In this document: positions 1 to 12,247 of the stretch, in pieces
Layout of the letters: each line of letters starts with the position of its first letter
Position numbering within the stretch: position 1 is the stretch's first letter
Origin: Cladosporium halotolerans
Lineage: Eukaryota
DNA length: 64,000 bases
Reading direction: 5' to 3'
NCBI RefSeq assembly: GCF_011745625.1
Contig: NW_027191455.1
Location: 1 to 64,000 of the forward strand
Program-made: the position numbers and the translations under genes
Notes under the pieces: model-generated
Told to the model about the DNA's origin: nothing
Database searches by the model: none
The model's input: the letters and a program-made list of their open reading frames with translations, nothing else

Positions 1-97
1 ACTGAATCTGATTATTCAGGTCCGAGCTCAATCAGGGACCTGATTGATTGATTACCTGATTGATTATCTGATTGAGAAAATCAAGATTCAAGATCTA
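1..97. repeat. TGATT/AATCA-rich repeat tract, possible end of a DNA transposon or MITE (runs off the window)
   Basis: CTGATT at 8, 40, 56 and 68 plus further tandem GATT copies; AATCAG at 30; hairpin TCAATCAGG-GA-CCTGATTGA at about 28-47; TCAAGAT twice at 81-94. It abuts the early stop of the monooxygenase. Confidence 0.45.
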
Positions 98-1184
98 TGG
101 CCGCAAATCCATCAAAATACGCACCAAGCGCCTCTGCATCTTCGACTGCCTGGCTCGCACCTTGCCCTTGCGTGGGAAGCATTGCATGTGCTGCGTCGCC
201 AATCAAGATGACCCTGCCTTTGGTCCATGTCTTAAAAGGATCCAGGTCTCGAAGCTGCCATAGTCCGAGATCATCGGTCAACTTGAACACTGCTGTCATC
301 CATTCCGGGAACGCCTCGAACGTAGATAGCATGCGTCCGAGATCTCCTCTTGAGACCCAAGATTGTTTGCTGTCTGCGTCTTCGTTCATTCGATCGTCTG
401 GCACCAAAGCTACGATGCTGTAGACGCTACCTTCTCGAGCAGGCCCCATGATCAGCCGACAATCATGCGCCATGACCATACTTGTGAACGGCTGTCTAGG
501 ACTGATCTTGCCGCAAAATTCTGGGGCTTCTTTTTCGAGTACCTCGATTGGGATCATGAGGCGATACGCCGAGAGTCCGGTTGGCTTGGGAGTCACCTCG
601 CCAAGTACGCACTGGCGGACAATGCTGTGGATGCCATCTGCAGCAACTCTGAGGCAATTCATGTCAGAAACGAATTCTGGGATGAACGACCGAGTCCGCA
701 CTTACATCAAATCTGCAGACAGTTTGTCTCCACCCTCCAAGGTCAAGGTGCCTATTGTGGCGTCGCATGCGCGTACCCTGGATGATGTTCGTATGGTGAC
801 AGCAGGACTTTCTTGGTCTTCCGAGATTGCAGCACGCTGCAGGTACGAGTGAAGGTCTTGTCGATGATACATGATGCGATCACCACCGTACTCCGACTTG
901 CTCGTCAACGGTAGATTGCGAACGACCTCGCCGTCGGTGTTGAAGATTCGGAAGCCGCGGTCGACCATGCCTCTTGCTTCACTGATAGGATCAAGCTTCC
1001 ATTCCTGTTGGAGAATCCTGGAAGCATTTGGCTGCAATGAGATGGTAGCGCCAATCTCTGAAGCAAGTCGTGACTGTTCGAGAACAGTGATTTCGCGGCC
1101 AGGTGCTCTAAGCGCTATAGCTGCTGACATGCCTGCGATACCGCCGCCGCAGATGATGATCCGGAAGGGCGTTGATGATGACAT
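81..1184 (-). CDS. FAD-dependent monooxygenase (salicylate hydroxylase-like, group A), probably C-terminally truncated
   Basis: GGGIAG Rossmann motif, ADLIVAADG across intron 649-705 (GTAAGT...CTGAC...CAG), and LIGDAAHAMLPTQGQGASQAVEDA. The stop falls only about 17 aa after EDA. Confidence 0.88.
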
Positions 1185-1660
1185 CTTGCATTGATTGCGA
1201 AGATACAGAGAAAGCAAACAACGAAGTTGTAAGTAGAGCGAACGATTTTAGAGGGGTTGACAACATCCCGAAAGGTAGACCTTGATCTTGAGTGAAATCC
1301 GGTCTCCTGGTTAAACCATGTCGGTCGATACTGGCAAAGTTGATTACCTTACAAATGAGACGACACTAATGACCTGATCAGTTTCATGATCCATGCGGCA
1401 GAAATGTGATCGGCGTCGCGTGGTAATCGCCCACTCCGACCGATCGGCTAGAGTGGGGGGCTCTCGGAATGTGGGGAGGTGGTATGGTCAGCCGCACAAT
1501 ATACACGAACGAATGCAATGTAGGAGGAGAAGCGTAGAAGCTCTATATCAGTGTCAAGTCGATCGAACTGAGCTTGAACTGTCGACATAGGATGTCGAGT
1601 CGTCGAAGCACAAGCAGCGTGCAATCGAATCCCACTCAGCCAAACTCTGCAAACCGGACA

Positions 1661-2926
1661 ATGTCCACGACAACTACCACCACTACCGCTGCCGCAGGGC
1701 AGACCGTGCCTCTGAAGGTCAATTATCGTTCGCCGAATGCATTGAAAGCAGACGGATCGGATCCAGTCTACGGAGACTGGCGCGACGATCTTGTCCGCGA
1801 CGGATTTGCTGTTGTCAAAGGCGCCATTGCGCGTGACAGAGCGGACAAATATGCAGATGCAATGTACAGCTGGCTCGAAGGCTTGTGAGTATCCCTCTGA
1901 ATCTGGTTCCAGGCTATCGCTTGGCTTGTGACTTATCATTTGATAGCAAACTTGGGTTCGATCGCAACGATCTGTCAACCGTCCACAAAGACAAGCTCCC
2001 GCACATCACGGAGAAAGGCATGTGCCTGCAGTACGCGGTCACGCACGAGGATTTTGCTTGGAGCATCAGAGGCGAGCCCGGTGTGGTCGAAGCTTTTGAG
2101 AAGGTCTATGACACCCAAGATTTGATCGTGTCGTTCGATGCTGTCAACTTTGGCTTTCCCAAGTGAGTGCACCATCCTTCAACCGTGGTAGCAACTCTTT
2201 TCACCCACTCTCTGAAAATTTCGTTATATCGGAAGCGATTCTCTAATCGAAGGAGATGACCTGTGCTGACGAAGCAAATTCAGCCGCACCGATATCCCGA
2301 AGAACGTTCCTTGGCCGCACCAAGACCAAGACCCTCTCTTGCCTGGCTTTAGGTGCCTTCAAGGACTCGTCAACCTCCTGCCCAACGGACCCAAAGATGG
2401 CGGACTCATTGTCTGCAAAGGCGGCCACCGATTGTCAGAACAGTTCCACGAAGAGATGAAGGATGAACCAAAGATCCCAGCGTGGACCAACGAATGGTTC
2501 GGCTTCACTGAGAACGGCATGAATTGGCTTGCCGATCATGGCTGTGAGTGGGAGAAACTCAGTGCAGAGCCCGGCGATCTCCTGCTGTGGGACTCAAGGA
2601 CTCCCCACTACAACCTCAGTTCCGAGACCACCCAGCCAAGGTTCGCCATCTATACCTGCTACATGCCCGTCGCAGATGCGACTCAGGAGGACCTCCTCCG
2701 CAAAAAAGATGCCCTGGAGAGATGGGTTGGTACCACGCACTGGCCGAACGCGAGGCACACAGGCTCCAATGTTGCGAAGAGGGACGGAGAGGACGATCCG
2801 CACAATCGTTTTGAGCCAGTAAACAAGCCCAGGATGAATGAGCGCACATTCAAGTTAACGGGCATCCCATACATCAAGCCTGAGGCTGGTATGTCTGCAG
2901 TCGAAGAGTCCGCAGTACGATCCTAG
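1661..2926 (+). CDS. Phytanoyl-CoA dioxygenase (PhyH)-like Fe(II)/2-oxoglutarate oxygenase, copy 1
   Basis: Introns 1885-1946 and 2163-2283 restore the frame. Motifs YGDWRD..GFAVVKG, PWPHQDQ (HxD), PGDLLLWDSRTPHY (distal His), GTTHWP. Confidence 0.88.
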
Positions 2927-3544
2927 TTTCGTACAGCAAGTAGAGTAGTGCCAGAGTTGGCGAAGTCCCTTACACACAAACCATTCGCTTTTCGATAGTC
3001 TGTCCTCCCAACTTGTCCTTGTGTCCCACTTCAAAGTTTGCTTCGAGAGCCGTCATTCCATCCGTGTGACAGTGTATGCCACCTACTTCTCAGTAGGAAT
3101 GACACAGAGCAGCATTGTGAAGTGCCATGGACGACATAATTACGCACAAAATAGCATCTCGGGTACCGTGAATCTATCTCAGTTTGAGCGGGTCCGCAAG
3201 ATTCATACTTATTCGTTGGATCTTTGTGGACGATTGCAGCTAACCTACAGCCACGCGTGTGCAGTGTTTGAACGCCACCAGACCGGAGCGTTGTGCAACC
3301 GAGGTCGATCCGGACCACGATGAACTTTGAGCAGCCACCTCCACACCATCCGAAACTCGCAGGCCAACCAGGACATCTCGACCATGGCTGACCCCGCAGA
3401 CTGCGGTATGACATTCGCCGAGCAGGCGTGCGAGGCTGCTCGGATGCCCTGCCGATACTTGACCATGTTGTGGTCCCATGAGTGTGCCCACCAAAGCCGC
3501 TCCAAGGAGCTCGCTTCCTGCCATCCCATCTCATACAAACGGCG

Positions 3545-6505
3545 ATGAGCGCTGTAACGATTTCGGCCTCGGAGGAGGTCAAACCCGCATTTTCATGTCA
3601 AGTATGCCACCGTTCATACGAAAGACTAGACCATCTCAACAGGCATTTGGACTCGCGTGAGTGAAGTGCACCTCAGACTTCTTCGCAAGTGGAGTTCGTT
3701 AACAAGAAGTAGACCGCAATCAGAGGACATTCAAATGCTTGGAATGTCCTAGGAGCTTCATTAGAAGGTGAGTCGCTCGTTATTGTGAAGGCTGGGCGGG
3801 CACACGATACGGCTTCGTCGGCCAGATGGTCCTTCTTCCCTACTGATTCACTTCGAAGAGATCTACTCATTCGGCATCAAGCCACACATAAAGCCAATAA
3901 ACTCGATGGGCGAAAGGCTTTTGAGCGCTCTGGGGAGCGAGCCATAAAGGCTTGTGACTCTTGTGTGAGATCTAAGCTCAAATGCGGTAATACTACCCTC
4001 GTTGTATTTTTTCTATCTCGGAAGTGGCATCAGAAGGCGGTTTTGGCTAAGCATTTCTTAAGGAGACGAGCGGCCATGCAAGCGCTGCGAGAAACGGAAC
4101 ATCCCCTGCACGAGCGATTCCTTGAATCAGACAGGATCTGCCATCATCATCGACAATGTGAACACCGCCAACATGCAATCTTTCGGGGACGGCACTGGCG
4201 CGGAGGACTGGACAGTACCCGCGAACGAACCTATTCAGCAAGCTCCCGCATTCGACAATCTCTCCCCAGACCTCGTTCCCCCTACGGCAGATTTGAGTCA
4301 GAACTGGGATTACCTTGACTTCGATGCGAGATTCCCCTCCTTCTTCGAATCAATAATGGTCCCCAGTTCGGACTGGGTTGGTGTTGGAGAAGCGCAAATG
4401 CCTCCAGATATGTCGACTGTAATCTCGGAAGGTGAAGGATGGCCAGCCACTGGTGACATCTTCGGCTTTGACTTCTCAATGGCTTTCGAGGAGTCTTTGA
4501 GTGTACCTGCGAACAACTGCAGCGGAATAGCCTCAAAGGACAGCGAAAATGCAGCTGATACTGGGAAGGAGAATTCTTCAAAAGACAGCGCCCATGAACG
4601 CCACCACATCTATCTAAAGTCTCCTTGGTAAGATCAACACTATTACACTCCTGAGTCTTACAGTCGCCTAGAGAAAGCATCATGCTGATAGTCTCGTAAG
4701 GCTGTGGAACCCCAAATCCAACTCCCACGCATTCAGCGAGCACAATCAAATACAAGTCGACCAGATCGACTCGGCGGCATCTCCTCATCAACCCCATGCT
4801 CTTACTCTCTTGATACCAGACGAACTTTCTATATCGACTCGCGATCGCATGTTTCGGCTGGTAGTCACAACCGCTGACTCTCGAATCTCTGTTCCGACTT
4901 TCCCATCAGCAGAAATTCTGGACAGCCTTGTTAAGACTGGTATCACCAAACGCATTGAGACGGACGCATGGCTACATCCCTATACGTTCTCTTCCGAGAA
5001 TGCAAGATCGGAGCTTCTGATAGCATTAGTGGCTGCTGGATGCGTTTGTTTTGGGGTACCGACCGTCAATCGTACGGGCCTGGTACTGCTGGAAATCGCC
5101 CGTGTGGCTCTCAACAAACTAATCGAGGATGATAACAGCACCATTCGAGACCTTCAGTACCTTCAGGCGTCTATGATATGGCTGGATGTATGTGGCTTCT
5201 GTGGTTACAAGCGTAAGATGGAAATTGCAGAGAGTAATCTTCAACCGCTGGTAACGGCACTTCGACGTTTTGGCAAGTTCGATAGGGTCGCATACGAAGA
5301 CGTCGTCCCCGGGCCTGATGATGACGCGGAAACCGTGGAAGCCGTATGGCGCCGCTGGGTCGATCAAGAGTCTTACAAGAGGTTGGTGTACCATCTTTTC
5401 GAGCACGACATGATGATGACCATGGCAAAACATCGTCAACCTTTGATATCGTACGCCGAACTTTCACTGCCGCTTCCGGCGTCGCGAGACTTATGGCTTG
5501 CCTCATCAGCGGAAGCATGGCGGCGGGTGTACTTTGACCATCCAAAGGATATTGGGGACTTCAGCCCTTCCGTCAAGTTACTGCTTGCTGATGACAAACT
5601 CCTGTCGTGTCTCGGTTGCGTGGACCAAGGTCTGGCTATCTCTGCATACCTCAACGGAATTTCAGCTCAGGTATGGGAGTATAACCAACAGTCAGCTTTG
5701 ATGGACGAAAGTATTGACCACGATCCATCCTATGGACTCTGGATCCAAAGCCGGCATCAACTACTCTACCAGAAGCTGAAGAGCCTGCACGGGAACTTAG
5801 AGCGTGTACCAGCCCCTGTACACTTAATGCACGAGTTTCTCATGATGAATCTTCATGTCGACGTCGACACCGTGATGCGATTCGCTGGCAAAACAGGCGA
5901 AGCGGAAGCTCACCGCGCGTACCAAGTTTTGCAACTCTGGTCCAAGCAAAAGTCCGCTCGCATAGCAATATGGTACGTTTGCCAGTCTTTGTGGCACCTT
6001 CATCTCTGCAATCATTGCCTGTAACACCCCCTGACTATTGGTCCTTAGGCACGCATCGCAGGCGCTGAGAAAAGCGAAGGACATACCACCGTTCCAGATC
6101 CGAGGCGCTGATGCATTTATCACACATCACGCCGTGATGGTGCTCTGGTCATACGGCATGATGCTTCGAGACTCCGCTCGAAGGACTGGCATGAACACTC
6201 CCGTGCGTGGACAGAGCCAAGCACCTTTTCCGAAGCAGGGTATTTCTCGCTCCACAGCCGAACCCACTGTCTACCTGGACGAGACCAGTAACTCGCAGAC
6301 TGAGACGTTTCTGTACAAAGGTATTGGTCGACCTGCGTTGCACTTCCCCGACGGTCAATGTTGCGAAGTACGGAACGTTGCTGGCATCCTGGCTGTAGGC
6401 AGTAGCTTGATGGAAGCAAATTGCCCAGGAGAGACTCGAGATCGGCTCCCGCAGATGATCAAGAGCCTGTGTAATCTCATGGACGAGCTTGGAGGGCTGA
6501 AATGA
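3545..6505 (+). CDS. Transcription factor with two C2H2 fingers, a Zn(II)2Cys6 cluster and a fungal-specific middle homology region
   Basis: Spliced N-terminus (introns 3657-3712, 3768-3858, 3987-4062) gives CQVC..RLDHLNRHLDSH, CLEC..RRDLLIRHQATH, then CDSCVRSKLKCGDERPCKRCEKRNIPC. Further introns lie near 4628-4700 and 5973-6048. WRRWVDQESYKRL is typical of the Fungal_trans region. Confidence 0.88.
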
Positions 6506-6648
6506 AACATCGCGTTTCTCGATGAGCGAGCAAAATTGTAAACAGCTACATACTGTACTCTTTCCAGAGGGATCTGTATCCGCTCTCCAGATCGCTTCGC
6601 AACACTTCGTTGTTCATTGCTCACACTACAAACGGATCTTTCGTCGAC

Positions 6649-7201
6649 CTAGCTGCATACTGGCCTATTGCTAGGTTTAGCAACGCCATTGTTGGGGTTC
6701 GTGCGTCCACAGCCACGCACAGTACCAAACGCGGTGTCATCGACAGCATCATTGTAGGCAGCACCACAGTTGGGATCGCTGGACGAGTCAGAAAACATTC
6801 CCCGGAAGACATGTACATGTACTCACCTCGCCCCGCCGCTCGCGCTGTAGAAGTATGAACAGATATCGTGGGAGAAGCAGTCTTGCGTGTATGCATTGCC
6901 CACGGAAGCGCCAGAGCAGCCAGCTCCGCAACGACCGTTGCAGGAATAGCTTAGACTGTTAGCTGATGATTTATGGAAGGATGAGAGCCACTTACTCTCC
7001 GCTACCTGAGGGATTAGCTCCGTAGTTGCTGCCAACGATACCGCTGAACGTGCATGTTTGACCGGCGCTGTTCGTCCATCGAGCGGTCGCAGAAGAACCC
7101 ACTTCCAAGCAGGTGACTGCACGCTTCTCTAGATTTTTAGGACTAGGAGAAGCAACGATAAGGCTGGCGAACGTAATAATCAAAACGTTGAAGGGCGACA
7201 T
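6649..7201 (-). CDS. Small secreted cysteine-rich protein (about 152 aa, 10 Cys, Kex2-type LEKR site)
   Basis: Exons 7201-6996, 6949-6827 and 6778-6649 splice in frame. Hydrophobic signal MSPFNVLIITFASLIVA; LEKR; CNGRCGAGC..YTQDCFSHDICSYF..DPNCG. Confidence 0.85.
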
Positions 7202-7792
7202 CTTGTGTGATTTGGGATTCAATGGATGATTTTGGAGGTCATGGTGGTCCGGCTTTCTTGAGATGTATAATGATCCCGCGGATATCCCCTCGGTCAAGGA
7301 GGACGGTGTGGTGAAGAGCCTCGGTCCAACGCCTCAATTTATTTTAGTTCACGCCGGTCAATGTGCCAACTGTGTTTACTCCGCATCCAAAACGCATAAT
7401 TACAGGATACGATCACGTCATTGGCAGCTCGGACCTGTCAGGCATGTGCATCAACTGGTGTTCTGACTAATGTAATGTGGATCGGCATCGAACAGCCGCA
7501 CTGGACCTCACTGCCACAAACCTGACTTCCAAATCACACCTATGTCATGCAAGAGAATCGATAAATTATCTACTTTCGTCGCAACTCGTCTTCTTGAATA
7601 AGTGACCGTCGCTGGTAGCATCACCAAATGTCTATCTGGGCGCAGGGCGATCGGGAAATATCTTGAGGTGCCATTCTATTGCAAGGCATTGAGGGCGTCG
7701 ATAGAAGTGGAAAAGGATCGATTGATGAGTAGATGTCAACGGCATGGAGTAGATGGGCTAGTGTAGAGACGGTGATCGTAGCAAAGGAAAGC

Positions 7793-8855
7793 TCAATAGG
7801 CCTCTACTCCAGCCAGCTGAAGCAAGCGGTGAGTGATCTCAGGCTTCTCAATGGGTTCCGTGCGATTGTGCGGATCTTCTTTGCCATCACGCATTGGCAC
7901 TCCCGCCTTGCGAATGTTACTTGATGACGTTAGCTCAGGTTTGTCAGCTTGGATACGTTGTGACTTACCAGTGTGGCCAGTGCGTGGTGCCCTGCCATGT
8001 CTTGAAAAGCTCCGCCTTCAAATCCATATCCTCCTGCTTCGCGAACTTCCTGGGCGTCATGCAGACGTACTGTACGTGTCTGATCAGGTCACCCTGAGGG
8101 AAGCATGCGTAGTGCATGGTACGCGAGTCCCACAGCACTAGGTCACCAGGCTCGAGGTTGACCTTGATCATCTCGCAGCCGCGACCCTCGAACCACTTGA
8201 CGTCCTCTTCCTTGAAGATGAAAAGATCCTTGAAGTTCTCCTCCTCGGGAGGCTTGTCCTCGTGGTCGTCCTGCTCGCGAGTCTCGGAGAAGAATTGGTC
8301 GAACAGCTTGCTCGATCCCTTCATGACGATCAAGCCTCCGTCATTAGGTCCGTTCGGCTGATAGTTCAGCAGTCCTTGCACGCATTGCATGCCTTTGCGG
8401 TGCGGTGACTGATCACAGTGGGGCCACGGGGACCAGGTAAGGTCCTTCTGGCGCGGCAATGTGATGTTCTGGCCGTCAAATGAGACAACGAGCTCTTCCG
8501 TCTCCCAGAGCTTCTCGAACGTCTCGATGACTTTTGGCTCCATGCGAGCCTCCCAGACATACTTTTCGTGGTTGGAGCCATAGCCGAAGTACATGCCGCC
8601 CTTGAAAGCCACGGGAAGGTGGGCCTGGGTCCACGTGGACTCATCCTTGGGATCGAACCCGAGCCCGAACGACTGAAGCCATTCAACTTGCTTTTGACGG
8701 TAGTACGCTGCTTTCTCAGGGGTAATGACTCCCTTCACAATGGCAACACCAGTCTTGTGAAACTCATCGCGCCAGTCACCGTACTGCTTCGATGCGTCAT
8801 GCTGGATAAGGTCTACGCCGGAGTCTGGAATAGGATCCTCTGCGTGAGGCGCCAT
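7793..8855 (-). CDS. PhyH-like Fe(II)/2-oxoglutarate oxygenase, copy 2
   Basis: YGDWRD..GVAIVKG, PWPHCDQ, QGLLNYQPNGPNDGGLIVMKG, PGDLVLWDSRTMHY, GTTHWPH. Intron 7920-7968, then an exon ending LAGVEAY*. Confidence 0.88.
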
Positions 8856-9576
8856 ACTAATGGTTTAGTGACAAGATCGGTGAAATGTTGGCACTGCTTG
8901 TGAGCTTCTCGTCGTGGTGACGGAAGATCTTCTTGATGCCGCTGGCTTTCCGGAAAGATAGTTGGGTTGTTGAGAGCTCCTATGAAGGCTAGACCCGTGG
9001 ATGAAGAAGTAAATGGTATGGACTAAAGACAGTCTCGTTAGGCAAATGATCACATCTTGATATATCCTTTCTCTGCTACGGAAGCGCCTTGCGAAGACAG
9101 AGCGGGCCCCGGCAGGGTTTGGCCTGCAATGTTCGTCCCATCCCCGCAGAGAGGCTGCGAATCATCGGAGGTTCGGCCTCAGTGGGCGGCATAATCATTG
9201 GAGAGGCACAATGGCAGCAGTCTACCCCACAGGGCTTCGAAGCGCCGCACAGTACTTTGATTGTCAAAGAGCTGTGGCAGCAGTGCAGCGACGCGTGGTG
9301 ACACGAGAGACCCTTGAGCCCCACCCCCGGGAGCGTGGGGAAACGTGGGGTCGGTCAATTTCAATCCGAGCCTTCGCCTTCGCCTCCACCTCATCCGTCT
9401 CCATCTCCTCATTCATACGACGGCTCTTGTGGGCTTTCCATGACCGCACGAGTCATGTCAACAACATTCTTTGTGAGTCTTGCAGAGATCTATTCAAAAC
9501 CACCATGAGGTGCCCGCCTCGATACACTCAGCACAGTATCCTTTCAATCTAAAAGACGGTAAACTCACTCGCTAAA

Positions 9577-11406
9577 ATGCCCCAATCCATTCCCATTGCT
9601 TTCAAGCCAATCGGCAAGCCAGAAGTCGGCCACAACAATTACCAGGGCTTTCAACCCGGCAAGACAGAAGTGCTCCCCAAAGGATGGAATGGATACAGTG
9701 CCCGAGCCTTGGAGTCCGATATTCGAGTAGATCACGATGTCGAATTCAAGGTCAGAGATGGTAGCCGGTTGTACGCGGACATCTACCGGCCTGCGAACTC
9801 CTCGCAAGAGAAGCTTCCCGCCATCATAAGCTGGTCTCCTTACGGAAAGAAGTACAGTGCTCTGGAGATGCTTCCGATGTGTGTCTGGAACTGCTGTGTT
9901 GGCAGGAAGGACCTATCTGGTACGTTCGCTCATCAAGGATTTGCAATCTGAAGCCATTCTGATGTCACGCATCTAGGCATCGAGAAGTTCGAAGGACTTG
10001 ATCCCCAAGCTTGGTGTCCCAGAGGATACGCAGTGATCAGCGTGGATGCAAGAGGCGCGGGCGACAGTGATGGCTCAATGCACATCATGGGCTCCCAAGA
10101 TGCTGAAGATTGCTACGATGTGATCGAGGCTATCGCAAAACTCACCTGGTGCAACGGTCGCATTGGAATGGCTGGCAATTCTGCGCTTGCAATCATCCAG
10201 TGGCTGGTCGCCGCTCTTCAGCCGCCGCATCTTGCAGCTATCGCACCTTGGGAAGGCTCGGGAGACATTTACCGAGAACAGTTCTGCAGAGGCGGATGGT
10301 TCTCGATGAGCAATTTCGACCTTATCACAAGGGAAATCCTTAAGGGCAAGGGCGGCGTTGAGGATTTCGCCGAGATGTACAAACGCTATCCGCTTTCAAA
10401 CGAATACTGGCAAGACAAGCGCGCGGACATGACAAAGATTCAATGCCCTGTGTTCATCTCCGGATCCGACTTTTCTTCGATTCATACCATGGGCGCTGTA
10501 CGAGGCTGGATGGAACTCCCTCATAACAATAAGTGGATCAGGTGGAGCTCCTACCAGGAATGGTATGAACTTTACTGTGTCAAATCTGCCGATGAGGAGC
10601 TGCACAAGTACTTTGACCGCTACTTGAGAAACGTTGACAACGGCTGGGAGGTTGATACTCCAAAAGTTCGGTGGTCCGCCCTTCAATTTGGCGATCGCGA
10701 GGCCATTGATGATATCGAGTTCGCGGACTTCCCCATCCCCGGTACTGAGTATAAGGAGTTCTTTCTGCAACCTGGCAAGCTTGCAGACTCCACCGCAAGC
10801 GAGACATCCATTGTGCAGTACGACTCGGAGAGTACCATCGAAGTCGCTGACTTCTCTTATACCTTCAAGGAGAAGAGCAGGCTGATCGGTTTGCCGAAGG
10901 CCGTGCTATACATGTCATGTCCGGAGAAAGACGACATGATCGTGTTTGTGAATCTCCGCAAGCGTGACAAAGATGGTAACCTGATCATGCACCTCAACTT
11001 CCCGTTTGAGGCGACGCCATACAAGTCTATCGCCGACATCCCGAAGAAAGAAATGGCCAGCCTCAACCTACACTTGGGATCACTCGGCATCTTACGTGCA
11101 TCTCACCGGGCCTTCGACGCGAGCCGAAGTATCCACCCTCAGTTCCCATACCACCCTCACGATAGGGAAGAAAAGATCACCCCAGGCGATATTGTGAAGC
11201 TCGAGATTGGCATCTGGGCTATGGGCGTGGACTTTGACGCAGGAGAATCGATCTCCGTGCAGGTTAGCGGACAGCTGCCCAGCATTGCTGAGTTCACCGC
11301 GTGGTCTTCGCCTAGACCTGAGCATGAGAAGAACAAGGGAGCGCACCAGATCCACATTGGGCCGGATCATCCCAGCAGCATTATCCTGCCTTTTGTGCCG
11401 CTTTGA
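9577..11406 (+). CDS. CocE/NonD family alpha/beta hydrolase (peptidase S15 / PepX C-terminal domain)
   Basis: VRDGSRLYADIYRP, WSPYGK, VDARGAGDSDG, nucleophile elbow GMAGNSAL, AAIAPWEG. Intron 9920-9976. Confidence 0.9.
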
Positions 11407-12247
11407 AGTTGGCAAATTTAGACATCGAAAGCAGTCAATCGAGAAGCGATTAGCAATACTGAGGTTCCCAGTCATTCTCTGTGCTGTTCCATATGCTGTG
11501 AACACCCGATAGCCTGGATACATCCTGGTGCTCTCAGATAATTGTGTAACCCATCCGAGGCATGACTGCATGCCACGAGCCTTTAACAATTCTTGCCTTT
11601 CACTTGTGCTATCACCAAGAGTCATCAGGACTGAGCTTTCAGATGAACGCAAACAGGAAGCGAAGCTTGCCAAACCCTGCCTGGACACTGATTGCTAACG
11701 TCTTCGTGAACATCGAAGCTGATATCTTCGGCCGAGATCAATTTTGACTGTTCGGAACCGGATAGATATCCAGGGTCCGACTCCGCCTCTGTGGGAATAG
11801 GGCCCTGTCTATGGCACTCAAGACATGCTTCCCCGCTTTCGCGCCCACAAGAGCCGCAATCCGCACCCAAAAACTCTATACCACTCTCGGGACGCGAGGG
11901 CAGCCCTGCAATCCCCACAATCCGACCATGGGATCCACCCCCGAACGCCTCCAAGGCATGGGGTCAAGAATCTGGGGGTGTGGGGAAGCGAGTCGAGCGA
12001 CTCAGACGACGAAGTGCCGAGCCTTTGTGTGTACACGAGGTCTTGACCTTGATCTCTCGGAGTTCAGGCCAAGTTGGGTCTTGTGGGCAGGCTTGAGGCT
12101 GGGCTGTCCAATCTTCCGGGGCAGACATGTATATTGCTGAGTCGGCCGGCGTCCATCGTGACAGCTGAGATACATTCAATCTGCTCGGGATCAGAAGAAG
12201 TACTTTGCCAAAACCCCCGGAGACAGGCCTCTGTTTATTCCTCAGCT

